From positions 23,158-87,157 of the forward strand of contig JBAYVT010000002.1 of NCBI GenBank assembly GCA_041674405.1: a stretch of DNA of 64,000 nucleotides, written 5' to 3'. The DNA comes from Patescibacteria group bacterium (lineage in GTDB: Bacteria > Patescibacteriota > UBA1384 > XYA2-FULL-43-10). The notes under the pieces were generated by a model that saw only the letters and a program-made list of their open reading frames with translations, was not told the origin of the DNA and did not search any database. Shown here one piece after another: positions 28,306-37,912 of this stretch. The position numbers and the translations under genes were made by a program. Numbering within the stretch: the first letter of the stretch is position 1; each line of letters starts with the position of its first letter.

Positions 28306-29094
28306 TTATGGTTTCCTAGAAACGAAAACTAATCCGATCGGGTAGGTTTTTGGAAACTTAGGTTGTTTTTCAAGAAGTTCGGCGGTTACTTCCGGCTCTA
28401 ACATTTTTTCAACCACAAACCCCGCTTTAATCAAAGAATTAAAATAATCAGAAATCGGCCGTTGATAATGTTCAATCTCGTAAACCTTTTGGTATTTTTG
28501 AGCAACATCAACATCCCGAATCTTACTGTTGTCCATTGTAAATTTCGAGTATCCCCTACTAAAATACCCTTTCGATCCCCGAATGGTCCTCTCTTTCCCG
28601 TCGGCTTGTCCCCGCAAATAGGTAACGAGATCCCATACAGGGTGAGTGATTGCAAACAAAAACCGTCCTCCGTTTTTCAAGGTTTTAAAAGCCTGGGACG
28701 TAACAAAGTCAATCTCTTCGAGTTCGTTCAGCAAGAAACCTGAAAAAATTACATCTACGGAATTCGGTTTTATTTTCCAGGGTTTGGTAACATCTTGTTC
28801 AATAAATTCGGCTATATTGGTCTGAACTCTTTTTCTCGCAAAATCCAAATTATGGGGAGATATGTCGATTAGAATTAGTCGATCTGGGTTCTGACCCTCA
28901 ATTTGCGAACTGAAATAACCGTTGCCGCACCCCAAATCAACCACCGTCTTCCCGTTTAACGTTCCAATCTCAGATAATAATTGCGGGTTGAGCACATATT
29001 GTTTGTAGACCCCGCCATTATCTCCGGTCGCTTCGTTCCAAAAACTCGCAAATTCAGGATCTAAATATGCAGAAATCGCATTATTCTGTGTCAT
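28306..29094 (-). CDS. Class I SAM-dependent methyltransferase
   Basis: 262 aa. Motif I VVDLGCGNGYF, LIDIS. Confidence 0.8.
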   Translation of the reverse strand: MTQNNAISAYLDPEFASFWNEATGDNGGVYKQYVLNPQLLSEIGTLNGKTVVDLGCGNGYFSSQIEGQNPDRLILIDISPHNLDFARKRVQTNIAEFIEQDVTKPWKIKPNSVDVIFSGFLLNELEEIDFVTSQAFKTLKNGGRFLFAITHPVWDLVTYLRGQADGKERTIRGSKGYFSRGYSKFTMDNSKIRDVDVAQKYQKVYEIEHYQRPISDYFNSLIKAGFVVEKMLEPEVTAELLEKQPKFPKTYPIGLVFVSRKP

Positions 29095-29314
29095 GGTGGT
29101 CCATTTCTTTATGGGTTTTTATAAATTTTAAGTTCTCTTTTGCTTCGGTTTCGGAGATTTTTGAAAGTGCCCTGCCGTCGTGCATCAAAATCCAATCCCC
29201 GACTTTAGGATTTTGAACTAGAGAAATATCGGCCTTGTATTCTTCACCCTCATAATCAAAAAGGGCAATTGCCCCTTTGATTTCTTTGATTTTTCCAGGT
29301 ATTGCTAAACACAT
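29081..29314 (-). CDS. hypC: Hydrogenase maturation chaperone, HypC/HupF family
   Basis: The track ORF starts 7 codons early. The functional start is MCLAIPGKI (ATG 29314..29312), the canonical HypC N-terminus, followed by GDWILMHDG. Confidence 0.85.
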   Translation of the reverse strand: MCLAIPGKIKEIKGAIALFDYEGEEYKADISLVQNPKVGDWILMHDGRALSKISETEAKENLKFIKTHKEMDHHDTE

Positions 29315-29370
29315 GGTCACTACACTCCAAATCAAAAATCAAAATTTAAAAATCAAAAAATTGGAATTAT

Positions 29371-30369
29371 TTATTTTGAATTTGTTACCCGCTCCACCAT
29401 ATCCACAAGCCTCTCTGAGTATCCCCACTCGTTGTCATACCAGGCAATTATTTTAACAAGATCTCCACCGATCACGCATGTTAATGGTAGGTCGACTATC
29501 GATGAATATGGATTTTGTTTAAGGTCGCTTGATACCAGCGGCTCTTCTGAAACCTGAATTATTCCTTTGTGGCTGCCATCTGCAGCCTTTTTAAGTGCTT
29601 CATTAATATCATCGACTGAAACTTTTTTGGAAAGAACCGCAACGATATCAGAGAGCGAAACCACCGGGGATGGAACACGGATCGATAAGCCGTCAAATTT
29701 ATTCTTAAGCTTGGGTATTGTCAAAGTCGCTGCTATTGCCGCACCTGTCGTAGTCGGAACAATATTTTGGGCTGCAGCGCGAGCCCGGCGCAGGTCTTTA
29801 TGCGGACCGTCAACCAAATTTTGGTCAGCCGTATAGGAATGAATCGTTGTCATCATTGATTTTTCAACGCCAAATTCATCCTCAATCACCTTCATCACCG
29901 GCGCGATACAATTGGTTGTACAGGAAGCATTTGAGACAATACTCTCGTCATCGTATTTATCAGCATTAGCGCCGATCACGAAAGTCGGAACCGAATCATC
30001 CTTTGCCGGCGCGGACAAAACAACTTTTTTGGCGCCGGCTTCCAAATGGGCTTTTGCCAAATCATTAGTCAAAAATATACCGGTCGACTCGATGACAACA
30101 TCGATATCAAGTACTTTCCATGGCAAAGCTCCCGGATTTTTCTCCGAAAGGTAATGGATTTTCTTGTTATTGACGATAATCTCATTATCAGAAAAGCCAA
30201 CTTCCCGGTCGTAAATACCGTAGCATGTGTCGTATTTTAAAAGATGGGCTTGGGTTTCTGCCGGGCACAGGTCATTTAAAGCGACAAGCTCAACATTCGG
30301 CCGGTCCAAAATTATCTTCGCCGCCGCCCGGCCGATCCGTCCAAAGCCATTAATTGCTACTCGCAGCAT
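29371..30369 (-). CDS. gap: Glyceraldehyde-3-phosphate dehydrogenase
   Basis: The track ORF extends to 30486. The likely start is MLRVAINGFGRIGR at 30369, after aggagg. Active site SNASCTTNC. Confidence 0.95.
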   Translation of the reverse strand: MLRVAINGFGRIGRAAAKIILDRPNVELVALNDLCPAETQAHLLKYDTCYGIYDREVGFSDNEIIVNNKKIHYLSEKNPGALPWKVLDIDVVIESTGIFLTNDLAKAHLEAGAKKVVLSAPAKDDSVPTFVIGANADKYDDESIVSNASCTTNCIAPVMKVIEDEFGVEKSMMTTIHSYTADQNLVDGPHKDLRRARAAAQNIVPTTTGAAIAATLTIPKLKNKFDGLSIRVPSPVVSLSDIVAVLSKKVSVDDINEALKKAADGSHKGIIQVSEEPLVSSDLKQNPYSSIVDLPLTCVIGGDLVKIIAWYDNEWGYSERLVDMVERVTNSK

Positions 30370-31132
30370 CCACCTCCTTCGGGATAACAACGTCACCTTT
30401 AAAACTTTTATTTGCTGCCCAAATGCGGCAGATTTCGACAAATACACTTGCTCTAAGGCTGGCACTGCCAACCAAGACTCCATCAATCAACGGCGATTTA
30501 GCAAAATTTAATATTTTTTCATGGTCTATGCTGCCACCATACAAAATTGGGCTTTCTCGGAATATCACTTCGCGAAGTTTGGCCACTGCTTTTTCTGCAT
30601 GTTCGACCGGTGCGGCATTGTGATTGCCAATTGCCCATACGGGCTCGTAAGCCACAACAATATCCTTGTATTTGTTTTTTGGAACATGAGTCAAGGCCTC
30701 TTCAAGCTGGTCGGCAGCATCGGACAGGGGGGCGCTTTTCGTTTTCTCGCCAACACAAATGATTGGAGACAATCCGTGTTTTAAGGCTGCTAACACTTTT
30801 TCATTAACATCAAAATCTGTCTCGCCAAAATGAGCCCGGCGTTCCGAATGTCCGACAATTACGTATTTGCAAACATCGCGAATCATAATCGGCGAGATTT
30901 CACCGGTGTAAGGACCCTCATCTTCATAAAACATATTTTGGGCCCCTAGGTTAACCTTTCCGTCTCTTTTCAAAATTTCTGATAGTTCAGAAAGCCAGAT
31001 CACTGGCGGGCAGACCACGACCTCGACTCCATCAAGACTGGCAACAGAGTTTCTGATTGAGGTCGCTAAAATATACGCATCAGATGCCCGCGTATACATC
31101 TTCCAGTTCGCAACAACCATCGGCCGTCTCAT
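30350..31132 (-). CDS. tpiA: Triosephosphate isomerase
   Basis: 260 aa. VANWKM, VGHSERR, YEPVWAIG, YGGS. Confidence 0.95.
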   Translation of the reverse strand: MRRPMVVANWKMYTRASDAYILATSIRNSVASLDGVEVVVCPPVIWLSELSEILKRDGKVNLGAQNMFYEDEGPYTGEISPIMIRDVCKYVIVGHSERRAHFGETDFDVNEKVLAALKHGLSPIICVGEKTKSAPLSDAADQLEEALTHVPKNKYKDIVVAYEPVWAIGNHNAAPVEHAEKAVAKLREVIFRESPILYGGSIDHEKILNFAKSPLIDGVLVGSASLRASVFVEICRIWAANKSFKGDVVIPKEVDAASSN

Positions 31133-31151
31133 ATTCCCTCGCTTTAAGAAC

Positions 31152-32180
31152 TTATTTCACTCTTACATTATTATATAGCTTAATAATCATCTTTGCCAAT
31201 TTAGTATTATCGTGGTACAAAGGCTTTTTTTCATCAACCAAATCCGCTCTAGAGATTTTCACTCCAGATATTTTCTCGTTTTCTGTTGTGATATTATAGA
31301 CTTCACCAAGTTTTGATGATTGTTTTGACTTCTTTATTACATGGCTATTTACTAAGCAATAATCAAAAATTTTGCCTGGGGCATGTTTTTTTATTGCTGC
31401 AATGTGATCAGAGACAGAGTAATTTTCTGTCTCTCCTCTCTCGGTTGAAATGTTTGCAATATATATTTTCAGCGCTATTTTGTTAGATAATATGGCTTTT
31501 TTAATTCCAGGTATCAACAGGTTTGGAATTACACTAGTATACAAACTCCCTGGTCCCAAAAGGATCAAATCTGCCTCATTAATCGCCTGGACCGCTTTTT
31601 CATACGCCCTCACTTTGTCTTTATTTAAAAAGACAATATTAATTTTTTTTCCAGCTTGTGGAATCTTATCTTCCCCCAAAATTTTTTTTCCGCCAGCATA
31701 CACAGCACCAATTTTAATATTATCCAGTGTGGCTGGTAAAATTTTTCCCGCCGTGCGAAAAATCGTGGAGGTTGCCTCTATTGCCTGTTCGAATGATCCT
31801 AGATGCTTAGTTAGGGCTGCAATCCAAATATTTCCAAGCGTATGGTTTGATAAGGATTTATTTTTCCCAGGAAATCGATATTCCAATATTTTGGATAATA
31901 TTTCTCCATCTTCCGCCAACGCTGAAATACATTTACGGATATCTCCTGGTGGCAAAATATCAAATTCTTTCCTGATTACTCCCGTGGAAGAGCCGTCATC
32001 AGTCACAGCCACAATTGCTGAAATGTTATTAGAATATTTTTTAAGCCCGGATAATAAAACGGATAAACCCGTGCCACCACCGATTGCGGCAATTTTAATA
32101 TCACTTCCAGCAAGAAGACGAGGGTCGTTAGGCTCGTAAACGAGATTTCTCCACCATGTTTTGAAAAAGCTTTCTCTCAT
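31152..32180 (-). CDS. YvcK/CofD-family gluconeogenesis-factor-like protein
   Basis: 342 aa. IAAIGGGTGLSVLLSGLK, VTDDGSSTG, GPGSLYTS. Confidence 0.85.
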   Translation of the reverse strand: MRESFFKTWWRNLVYEPNDPRLLAGSDIKIAAIGGGTGLSVLLSGLKKYSNNISAIVAVTDDGSSTGVIRKEFDILPPGDIRKCISALAEDGEILSKILEYRFPGKNKSLSNHTLGNIWIAALTKHLGSFEQAIEATSTIFRTAGKILPATLDNIKIGAVYAGGKKILGEDKIPQAGKKINIVFLNKDKVRAYEKAVQAINEADLILLGPGSLYTSVIPNLLIPGIKKAILSNKIALKIYIANISTERGETENYSVSDHIAAIKKHAPGKIFDYCLVNSHVIKKSKQSSKLGEVYNITTENEKISGVKISRADLVDEKKPLYHDNTKLAKMIIKLYNNVRVK

Positions 32181-33439
32181 TTTATCATCCCTTTAGCATG
32201 TAAGTCTCGATAATAAGAAATTGCAAATCTGTGTGCCTCATCACGCAATGCAACAATGTTGTTTTTGATTCCGGGGGTCTTTTCGATATAGCTTTTTACA
32301 TCATGATTCTGAAAGTGTAGCTCGTCTTTGTCACGCTTTGGCCCCTTTGAAATTGAAATAATCGGGGCATGCAAACCTGATTCCGTAAGGACTTTCAGTG
32401 CAGCCTTAAGATGTGTTTCCCCGCCATCAATCACTACCAAATCAGGATCACCCCATTTGTTATTCATTCTGCGCCGTAGAATTTCTGCCATCATCGCGAT
32501 GTCGTTAGCACCATTCACATTTTTGATTTTAAATTTTCGATATTCTTCCGGCGCTTTTTTACCAGAGATAAATACACTCATCGCGCCGACCGCATAGCTG
32601 CCAGAAATATTGGAAATATCGAAACATTCCATTCTTTTGAAATATACTTTGGTGCTATCAAACACATCATCCCGAATTCCCAGCGCCACATCTCGTAAAT
32701 GGTCAAGGGCAGCAACCTGATTTCGTGTTAACGCTGCAACCTCATATCGCTTCTGCCGACTCAATTCTTTCATTTCTTTGTAAAGGGCTTGCTCAACCTC
32801 GGCTTTCTTCCCACGGAGAAAATTTTTAAGATATGTGATGTTTTTGTTATATTGTTTTTTATCTACCCAATCGGCGCAGGGCGCAGTGCAAACACGAATG
32901 TCACCATATATACAAGCACGGCATTTCTTGGCCTGCAGATTATATTTCGTTTTTGAACAATCGCGATAAGGAAAGATTTTCCTCAAATATCGCAATGATT
33001 TTTTAAGTTCCATTCCATTTGGATAGGGGCCAAATAATCTGCCCGCTTTTTTCTCGCGAGCAAACTCTTCGTGCGGTATATCTTTAATTCTTCTCAATCC
33101 AACGCATGGAAATTCTTCTTTTGTGAAATGAATTACAAAAAACGATTTATCATCCTTGAACTGAATATTATATCTTGGCTTAATTTTTTTAATCAGCTCG
33201 GCTTCAAGAATTACCGCCTCAATCTCACTTTCGGTTTCTTTGAAAATTATTTTTCTTGCGTTTGAAACCATTAGATCAATTGACGGACCACGGCCAATCT
33301 CTTTTAAAAAATATGATTTTATCCTACTTTTTAAATTTTTGGCTTTGCCCACATACAAAATATCCCCGTCGGCATTCTGAAACTGATATACCCCCGGGGA
33401 TTTTGGCGCGTAAATTATATAATCCTGTAAACTCTTCAT
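32177..33439 (-). CDS. uvrC: Short UvrC-like excinuclease subunit: GIY-YIG, UVR and endonuclease core, with no C-terminal helix-hairpin-helix region
   Basis: 420 aa. PGVYQFQNADGDILYVGKAKNLKSRIKSYF (GIY-YIG), a UVR-like helix pair around EVEQALYKEMKELSRQKRYEVAA, and ECFDISNISG. The protein ends about 180 aa short of typical UvrC. Confidence 0.78.
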   Translation of the reverse strand: MKSLQDYIIYAPKSPGVYQFQNADGDILYVGKAKNLKSRIKSYFLKEIGRGPSIDLMVSNARKIIFKETESEIEAVILEAELIKKIKPRYNIQFKDDKSFFVIHFTKEEFPCVGLRRIKDIPHEEFAREKKAGRLFGPYPNGMELKKSLRYLRKIFPYRDCSKTKYNLQAKKCRACIYGDIRVCTAPCADWVDKKQYNKNITYLKNFLRGKKAEVEQALYKEMKELSRQKRYEVAALTRNQVAALDHLRDVALGIRDDVFDSTKVYFKRMECFDISNISGSYAVGAMSVFISGKKAPEEYRKFKIKNVNGANDIAMMAEILRRRMNNKWGDPDLVVIDGGETHLKAALKVLTESGLHAPIISISKGPKRDKDELHFQNHDVKSYIEKTPGIKNNIVALRDEAHRFAISYYRDLHAKGMIK

Positions 33440-34674
33440 TTCAATTGCTTAATATATTTCACAACCTCATCTATTTTTATAATTTTCTTTTCTGTTTTTT
33501 TGCGATTTGCTATCTCAACTCCACCGGATTTGAAAGATCGCTCAGAAACAACAATGGTTATCGGACAACCAATCAGATCTGCGTCGGCAAACTTTTCGCC
33601 GGCAGTGATTTCTTCTCTATCGTCATACAACACTTCAATTCCAGCGTCAAGAAGCTCCTTGTAAATCTTCTCTGTTTCCTCATTTTTGTTTAAAGAGATT
33701 AAATTGACACTGAATGGCGCAATGTTTTTCGGCCAGATGATCCCATAATCATCGTGAAATAATTCTACAGCCGTGCCCAAAAGGCGTGTTAGACCAATGC
33801 CGTAACAACCCATTATCATTGCCACTTCTTTACCCTCAGAGTTCAGAACTTTAGCATTCATTTGGGATGAATATTTATTTGAAAGAGGAAAAATATTACC
33901 AACTTCAATTGAATTGGCCATAACAATTTTACCATCGCATTTCGGGCATTTATCACCCTCAGATACTTTCGCAATTTCTCTGTTTTGGGCAAAATCACAC
34001 TTGTTGCAATAAAAGATTGTATCTTCACCGGAAGTCGCCAAAGCTTGAAATTCATGCGAAAATTCTGAGAATACTCCACCGCTAGCCTCGACCAATTTGG
34101 TCTCAATTCCACATCGGGAAAAAGCTCTAAAATACGCTTTGATCACTTCTTGATAGTACTTTTCAAAATCTGCTTCATCAATATGAAAGCTATACATATC
34201 TTTCATAATAAATTCTCGCCCACGAAGGAGACCTGACTTAGCTCTCGGCTCATTCCTGAACTTGGTTTGTATTTGATAAAGAGATATTGGCAAATCTTTG
34301 TATGAAGAAATATGATGCCTCACAATGTCGATGATCTGTTCTTCATGAGTTGCGCCAAGACCGATCTCCTTATTTCTTGAGTCCTTAAACTGATACATCA
34401 CTTCAGACATCTTACTCCAGCGACCAGTTTCTTCCCATAATTCTCTTGGCTGAAGCACATTCATTAGAAGCTCTTGTCCCTCAACCTTATTCATTTCATC
34501 TCGAATAATATTTTCAATTTTAGAATAAACACTGAAACCAAGCGGAAGAAGTGCATACGCCCCCGCCATGTGTTTTTCAACAAAACCACCGCGAGCTAAA
34601 AGAGAGGCATTTATCGAATCAGAATCAGCCGGAGTTTCCTTATAAGTTTTGATAAGGCTTTTAGATCTTTTCAT
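33436..34674 (-). CDS. proS: Prolyl-tRNA synthetase (compact form without an INS editing domain)
   Basis: 412 aa. Class II motifs (FRNEPRAKSGLLRGREFIMKD, GCYGIGLTRL), a Zn-ribbon-like insert CNKCD...CPKCDG, and a C-terminal anticodon-binding domain. Confidence 0.85.
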   Translation of the reverse strand: MKRSKSLIKTYKETPADSDSINASLLARGGFVEKHMAGAYALLPLGFSVYSKIENIIRDEMNKVEGQELLMNVLQPRELWEETGRWSKMSEVMYQFKDSRNKEIGLGATHEEQIIDIVRHHISSYKDLPISLYQIQTKFRNEPRAKSGLLRGREFIMKDMYSFHIDEADFEKYYQEVIKAYFRAFSRCGIETKLVEASGGVFSEFSHEFQALATSGEDTIFYCNKCDFAQNREIAKVSEGDKCPKCDGKIVMANSIEVGNIFPLSNKYSSQMNAKVLNSEGKEVAMIMGCYGIGLTRLLGTAVELFHDDYGIIWPKNIAPFSVNLISLNKNEETEKIYKELLDAGIEVLYDDREEITAGEKFADADLIGCPITIVVSERSFKSGGVEIANRKKTEKKIIKIDEVVKYIKQLK

Positions 34675-34680
34675 TCCCCG

Positions 34681-35769
34681 CTACTTTCTTATTAAATGTA
34701 TTATATCACCATACGTGATCAATGCGATTAGAAGAAGCAAAAACACAAAGCCAACCGAGTGAATAATGTTTTCGACATACTCGCGAATTAATCTCCGACG
34801 AGCAACCATTTCAATTAAAATAAAAAGTATTCTGCCCCCATCAAGTGCAGGTATGGGCAAGATGTTCAAAATTGCCAGATTAATAGAAAGCAATGCAACA
34901 AATTGAAGAAGGGCAAGGATTCCCATTCTTACAAACAAACCGGTATAAGTATAAATTGCGACAGGGCCACCAACTCCTTCGCCAGCTTGTCCTGTAGTAA
35001 ATAAATTATGCAAGTAATTTCCCAAAAACTCAAACGTAAAAATACCGATACGATATTCTTCGCGAGCCGCAACCCAGGGAGCATCATACAGCGGTACTCT
35101 GATTATGCTTCTCTCAATCAGTCCAACTCCCAAAGGTGCATCGGAAGATCCGGACAGAGAAACCTCTTGTTTATTTATCGCCCCATCTCTTTCGTATACT
35201 ACAGTAACCTTTTGGCCATAATAAGCTTGAGTAAAATTGGTTAGATCTGAGAAACTTCCCACATTTTGAGTGGTGTTGCTAGAATCAATTTCTTTAATTA
35301 TATCCCCGGCAGCCAAACCAGCAGACTTAGCTGGAGAATTATTTTCGAAATCGGCAATGATTATTTGATTAGATAGTCTTTTGCCAGGGACTTGATCCGA
35401 AGGAGAGATAACGGGAGACATGCCCACAGAAAAACCGACAACCAAAAGAACCCATGCCAGTACAATATTCATCAATATTCCAGCAAGAGAGATAATTAAC
35501 CTTTTATAAGCCGGTTGATTTTCCAGTGCGCGCTTGCTTTTACTCTCCTCCAACTCACCGAGCATTTTTACATAACCGCCGAGAAAAAAGAAGGTATTTA
35601 TAGTATATGTCGTCTCGCCCTTCTTTATCGAAAAAAGTCTCGGTGGAAAACCAAAAGCAAATTCTTCAACTTTCACTCCGGCTTTTTTTGCAGCGATAAA
35701 ATGCCCGAATTCATGTGACAGAACAAGAAGCGCCAGAATTATAATAAATGTTACAATGGTCAATATCAT
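34681..35769 (-). CDS. rseP: Site-2 (M50) intramembrane metalloprotease, RseP-like, with a PDZ domain
   Basis: 362 aa. HEFGH at the N-terminus, a PDZ-like AGLAAGDIIKEID, and the second motif NILPIPALDGG. Confidence 0.88.
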   Translation of the reverse strand: MILTIVTFIIILALLVLSHEFGHFIAAKKAGVKVEEFAFGFPPRLFSIKKGETTYTINTFFFLGGYVKMLGELEESKSKRALENQPAYKRLIISLAGILMNIVLAWVLLVVGFSVGMSPVISPSDQVPGKRLSNQIIIADFENNSPAKSAGLAAGDIIKEIDSSNTTQNVGSFSDLTNFTQAYYGQKVTVVYERDGAINKQEVSLSGSSDAPLGVGLIERSIIRVPLYDAPWVAAREEYRIGIFTFEFLGNYLHNLFTTGQAGEGVGGPVAIYTYTGLFVRMGILALLQFVALLSINLAILNILPIPALDGGRILFILIEMVARRRLIREYVENIIHSVGFVFLLLLIALITYGDIIHLIRK

Positions 35770-35773
35770 CTAA

Positions 35774-36331
35774 TTAGATCTTCATTACTTCAGATTCTTT
35801 TTCAGTGATCATTAAATCAACTTCTTTATTTTTCCGCTCTATTAGCTCATTCAGATCTTTTTCTGCTTGATATTTATCATCCTCAGTCGCTTCATTATTT
35901 TTAATAAGGCCCTGAACACGCGACCAAGCATCGCCACGAATTGTGCGAAGTGACACCTTGGCTTCTTCTCCGGTTTTTTTAACCTGTTTGGAAAGTTCGA
36001 TTCTGCGTTCTTCTGTAATTGGTGGCAAACTCAAGCGGACAAACGTTCCATCGTTTACTGGAGTTAGGCCAAGGTCTGCATTTCTGATTGCGGTTTCAAT
36101 ATCTCCAAGAGAATTTCGATCAAAGGGTTTGATTTGAATTAGGCTTGCTTCAGGAACAGAAATGCTAGCCAACTCTTTGAGCGAAGTATTCATGCCATAA
36201 TACGAAACTAGAATATCTTCAACCAACGAACCTTGCGCTCGGCCCGTGCGAATTTTTGTAAGATCGGATTTCAGGTTTACGATAGATGCTGACATTTTTA
36301 CATCGGCATCTTTCAAAATATCTGCAATCAT
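35774..36331 (-). CDS. frr: Ribosome recycling factor
   Basis: 185 aa. Typical RTGRA, PPITEERR, IRGDA. Confidence 0.96.
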   Translation of the reverse strand: MIADILKDADVKMSASIVNLKSDLTKIRTGRAQGSLVEDILVSYYGMNTSLKELASISVPEASLIQIKPFDRNSLGDIETAIRNADLGLTPVNDGTFVRLSLPPITEERRIELSKQVKKTGEEAKVSLRTIRGDAWSRVQGLIKNNEATEDDKYQAEKDLNELIERKNKEVDLMITEKESEVMKI

Positions 36332-36366
36332 CAGCCTCCTTATTAATTCAATAAAATTTTATCACT

Positions 36367-36960
36367 TTAGTTGCCGAGTTCATAGCGGGTAAATCGTGAG
36401 ATAACTATATTTTCTCCGATTTTGGCAATCAAATCATTGAGAAGATTTCCAATTGTTTTGTCCGGATCTTTAATAAATGGCTGAGACAAAAGGCAAATCT
36501 CTTCGAAATACTTTCCCATTTTACCATCAACAATTTTGGCCGCTATTTCTTCCGGTTTACCAGAGGCTTTTACTTCTTCCATGAAAATCGCTTTTTCTCT
36601 GTCAGCTTCTTCGGCTGGGACTGCATCGGAATTTACATATTTTGGATTCATTGCCGCGATATGAAGAGCAACATCATGAACGAATGTTTTAAATTCATCG
36701 TTTCTAGCGACAAAATCAGTTTCTGTGAGAACCTCAAGGATCACCCCGATTTTTGCATCATGGCAGTAGCACTCAATAATCCCCGATTTTGTTTCGCGTT
36801 CTGCTTTTTTAGCTGCCTTTGACATTCCTTTTTTGCGCAATATCTCGATTGCCAAATCCTCATCCCCACCAGCTTCAATAAGAGCTGATTTAACTTCCAT
36901 CATTGGAAGACCAGTTTTGGCTCTGAGTTCTGCAATTTCTTTAGCTGTAATATTTGCCAT
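36367..36960 (-). CDS. tsf: Elongation factor Ts (short form)
   Basis: 197 aa. LRAKTGLPMMEVKSAL, TETDFVARN. Confidence 0.95.
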   Translation of the reverse strand: MANITAKEIAELRAKTGLPMMEVKSALIEAGGDEDLAIEILRKKGMSKAAKKAERETKSGIIECYCHDAKIGVILEVLTETDFVARNDEFKTFVHDVALHIAAMNPKYVNSDAVPAEEADREKAIFMEEVKASGKPEEIAAKIVDGKMGKYFEEICLLSQPFIKDPDKTIGNLLNDLIAKIGENIVISRFTRYELGN

Positions 36961-36974
36961 GTTCCTCCAAAAAA

Positions 36975-37679
36975 TTAATTTTTATCGTTAGCCACCGCCC
37001 CTTTGTTTTCTTTGATCGTTTTTGCAAATAAATTTACAAATAGGGCAATGGATTTTGTGGCATCGTCGTTAGCTGGAATAGGATAGTCGACTAGATTCGG
37101 ATCAGCATTGGTATCTACTATACCAATTGTCGTAACCCCAGATTGAGTTGCTTCTTTTATGGCATTTTTTTCATCATGAACCCCAACCAGGATGATTACG
37201 TCAGGCTGTTTGGAAAGGCCGACAAGTCCTCCGACCAATCTCTCGCCTTTTTCAATTTCTTTTGTAAGTTTTACTTTGTCGCGTTTTTTCATCTCTGCAA
37301 ATTCTGGGCTCGATACGATCAATCTGGCTCTTTCCAATTTCTTGAAAGCTTTCTGAACTGTGTTGAAATTTGTTAACATTCCACCCAGCCAACGAGAAAC
37401 AATGTAAGGCATACCACAATCCTGAGCGCCTTTTTTGACAATCTCTTGGGCCTGTTTTTTGGTACCAACAAATAGGACCGTTTTCCCTTCTTTGGCCGCT
37501 TCAGCTAAAAAATTCATCGCGTCGGAAAGCTGTGATTGCGTTTTTTCCAGATCAATAACATGGACACCAGATTTGGCGCCAAAAATAAATTTGTCCATTT
37601 TGGGGTGCCAACGACTGGTTTTGTGCCCAAAATGAACGCCTGCTTCGAGCATCTCTCGAAGTGTTGGTGTGGTAACCAT
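36975..37679 (-). CDS. rpsB: 30S ribosomal protein S2
   Basis: 234 aa. LLEAGVHFGH, RWLGGMLTNF, DTNADP. Confidence 0.97.
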   Translation of the reverse strand: MVTTPTLREMLEAGVHFGHKTSRWHPKMDKFIFGAKSGVHVIDLEKTQSQLSDAMNFLAEAAKEGKTVLFVGTKKQAQEIVKKGAQDCGMPYIVSRWLGGMLTNFNTVQKAFKKLERARLIVSSPEFAEMKKRDKVKLTKEIEKGERLVGGLVGLSKQPDVIILVGVHDEKNAIKEATQSGVTTIGIVDTNADPNLVDYPIPANDDATKSIALFVNLFAKTIKENKGAVANDKN

Positions 37680-37824
37680 AAACGATTCTCCTTTTTAACC
37701 TCCGCCTTACGATTTACCTCGGCCCGAAGATTTCGGGACGGGCAAAGGATTTTTTAATCTCGGCTCGCCCAAAGGACGAGACGGATGAGAAAGGCGTGTG
37801 AATTTATTAACAATTAATTACTTT
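37680..37824 (-). promoter_or_regulatory. Long GC-rich structured 5' leader of rpsB-tsf (candidate r-protein autoregulatory leader)
   Basis: About 145 nt between the candidate promoter and the rpsB ATG. Hairpins cccgaa/gat/ttcggg (37723..37737) and ctcgccc/aaa/ggacgag (37764..37780, one G-U pair). Markedly more GC-rich than the flanks. Confidence 0.4.
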
Positions 37825-37830
37825 TAAGAC

Positions 37831-37858
37831 ATTATCATATTTTTTGGATAATTTCAAT
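37831..37858 (-). promoter_or_regulatory. Candidate sigma70-type promoter for rpsB
   Basis: Minus strand: TTGAAA (37858..37853), 16-nt spacer, GATAAT (37836..37831), preceded by TAT. Similar TATGATAAT / TATCATAAT boxes lie upstream of tig and clpP. Confidence 0.45.
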
Positions 37859-37877
37859 ATTTAACCCGAACAATCCC

Positions 37878-37906
37878 TTGACATAATTTAAAAATATTGT
37901 TAAAGT
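37878..37906 (+). promoter_or_regulatory. Near-consensus promoter driving the ncRNA-tRNA-Ile unit
   Basis: TTGACA (37878..37883), 17-nt spacer ending in an extended-minus-10 TGT, then TAAAGT (37901..37906). Confidence 0.6.
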
Positions 37907-37912
37907 CGTTTT

